Positions 62,283-64,000 of a DNA stretch of 64,000 bases are shown here, piece by piece (the stretch's first letter is position 1; every line of letters begins with the position of its first letter). Made by a program: the position numbers and the translations under genes. The DNA lies in contig CM052818.1 of NCBI GenBank assembly GCA_028534125.1, forward strand, positions 7,814,001 through 7,878,000, in the 5' to 3' direction. The notes under the pieces are model-generated. The model saw nothing but the letters and a program-made list of their open reading frames with translations, was not told the DNA's origin and ran no database searches. Source of the stretch: Lama glama (lineage: Eukaryota).

Positions 62283-63119
62283 ATGCTTTATTTCTCAGAA
62301 ATTTTATTTTGGTGACTTCCCGACTTAAAGAATATAACTGCCTAAGCACACTAAGATCCTGCCTACTACAGGAATGGAAGTGAGACTCTAACATCTGTTG
62401 CTCCCTGAGTTTCCTCCAAAACACGTTTTGTTTATTTGTTCTCAAAATTACGTTTTATGGTTGGAGGCCATAGCAATTCACCCTACCATAAAATGGTGTT
62501 TATTTATACAACAGGTTACACATTTTGGAAAACAGTTCTAGTATTTTCTTAATTTCTGTTGGCCTTACAAGTTCTTGGGAGGATGCCTGCTTGATCCTAG
62601 TGATTTATTTAAGTGTATTTTGTCATTTAGTCCTGAAACCTTCTTATGAATTTTACTATTACGTATCCTAATAGTCTCTCTCTACCCCTTAAAAGGTAGG
62701 TTCAATTTAGTTAGAGTTCATAAACCTTCACTGAGATTTACTGTGTGTCCAACATTGGGAGTCAAATAAGGAACAGACATAATCCTCTTCCTTAGTGTGA
62801 TGTTTCTCAACTGGGAGAGAGAAGGATGGAAGTCAGAACCTCCTGAGCTCCAAGAGGGAGGGGAAAATGTATAAAACTTGACATTATATTCAATATTACA
62901 ATATAATTTTTTATTTGTAAAACAAAATATGTTATTTCATACATGAACAATAGAAAGTAAAGCTTGAAAAATGATTTGAGACATAGTAAATGCAAAAGAT
63001 GCAGAGAGTCTCGGAATTAAGGATGGCTTTGAGGTTTTTAAAAGCTGACAAATGCTGCTCAGGCTAGTGGCAGAGCCTAATGTGTACAGAAAATGTAGAA
63101 TCACTGCATTGTCCATTTG

Positions 63120-63500
63120 AAAATAGTGGCATTTATGCAAGGAGTAACAGAAACACCATAGGGTGCAGAGACTAAGGGCAAGTAGGGAGTTAGGAGGATA
63201 TTACAGAAGTAGGGACATTTTAGCTGACTTTTAAAGAATAGGCAGAAAATCAACAAGTGGAGAAAGGAGAGATGACCTACAGGCAGAGAAAAAGCTGTGT
63301 CCAAAGGCTCAGAGACATGAAGGAGAAGGTATACTCAAAAGGTGTAAGAGCTCTTACCCCTTTGGAAGATGTAAGAAGGCACACGCAGGTGGTATAAGTA
63401 GCCCAGGATGGATTGGGTAGGGTTGGAGGAAGTAGGATAGAAGGACTGCAAAAGCGTTAAATGGCATACTAGGAGTTCACTTTTTATCCTGAAGACCAGT
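63120..63500 (-). mobile_element. L2 fragment
   Basis: acattttagctgactttt...ccaaaggctcagagacatgaa...catactaggagttcactttttatcctgaag. Confidence 0.7.
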
Positions 63501-63536
63501 GGCTCCTCATCAGAATCATTTGTTCAGTTTTTCAGA

Positions 63537-64000
63537 ACAGTTTTATTGAGATATAACTGCATACATTAACCTACACTTAGAGTATATAACTTGATACATT
63601 TTTGACATGTGTGTACGCTCATAAAATCATCACCACAGTCAAAATAATGAATATCTCTATCAGCCCCAAAAGTTTCCTTGTACCCCTTTGTGATTCCTCC
63701 CTTTCACCCCTTCTTACTTTCTCCATCCCTAGGCAACCACTGATCTGCCTTCTGTCACTGTAGACTAGCTTGTGTTCACTAGAATTTGTGTTCACTAGAA
63801 TGGAATCATACAGCAGGTACTTGCTTTTTGTCTAGCTTCTTTTACTCAACATAATTATTTTGAGATAGATTAGTTAATATTGTATGTATCAGTATTTTCT
63901 TTCTTTTATTGTTGAGTGATATTCCATTGTATGGACATTCAATAATTTGTCTATTCTCACCTGTAGATGGACTTTTGGGTTGCTTCCAGTTTGGGCTTTT
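63537..64000 (-). mobile_element. L1MB-type 3' end (runs off the window)
   Basis: acagttttattgagatataact...atcaccacagtcaaaataatgaatat...ccctaggcaaccactgatctgccttctgtcactgtag...ggttgcttccagtttggg. Confidence 0.9.

Noticed and set aside
1..64000. Prokaryotic-type systems (CRISPR arrays, operons, defence islands) or an intact endogenous viral gene
   Set aside because: The sequence is mammalian repeat-rich DNA; no repeat-spacer array, no long intact ORF and no gag/pol/env interior next to any LTR

Overview
Mammalian nuclear DNA, AT-rich and CpG-depleted, mostly interspersed repeats. No intact protein-coding gene could be recognised and there is no prokaryotic content. The host is most likely a camelid: a tRNA-Ala(AGC)-derived Vic-1-type SINE and artiodactyl-type L1 3' ends are present, and I saw no Alu, B1, Bov-A/tA, PRE-1 or Can-SINE. 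Well-supported content: a near full-length L1 (36.7-44.5 kb, minus); an L1 with a 15-bp TSD, a 3' transduction and an internal deletion (23.9-25.6 kb); solo ERV1 LTRs with intact TSDs; many MLT1, L2 and MIR fossils; two hAT transposase remnants; and a decayed fragment of the INTS15 (C7orf26) N-terminal coding region. Speculative content: a near-perfect p53/p63 site (62263-62282), three promoter/first-exon-like patches (20.2, 32.8 and 55.4 kb), and a phase-compatible chain of small minus-strand candidate exons including an 11-nt microexon. I found no convincing new biological system. Repeat subfamily names come from memory of the consensus sequences, and boundaries without a TSD are approximate.
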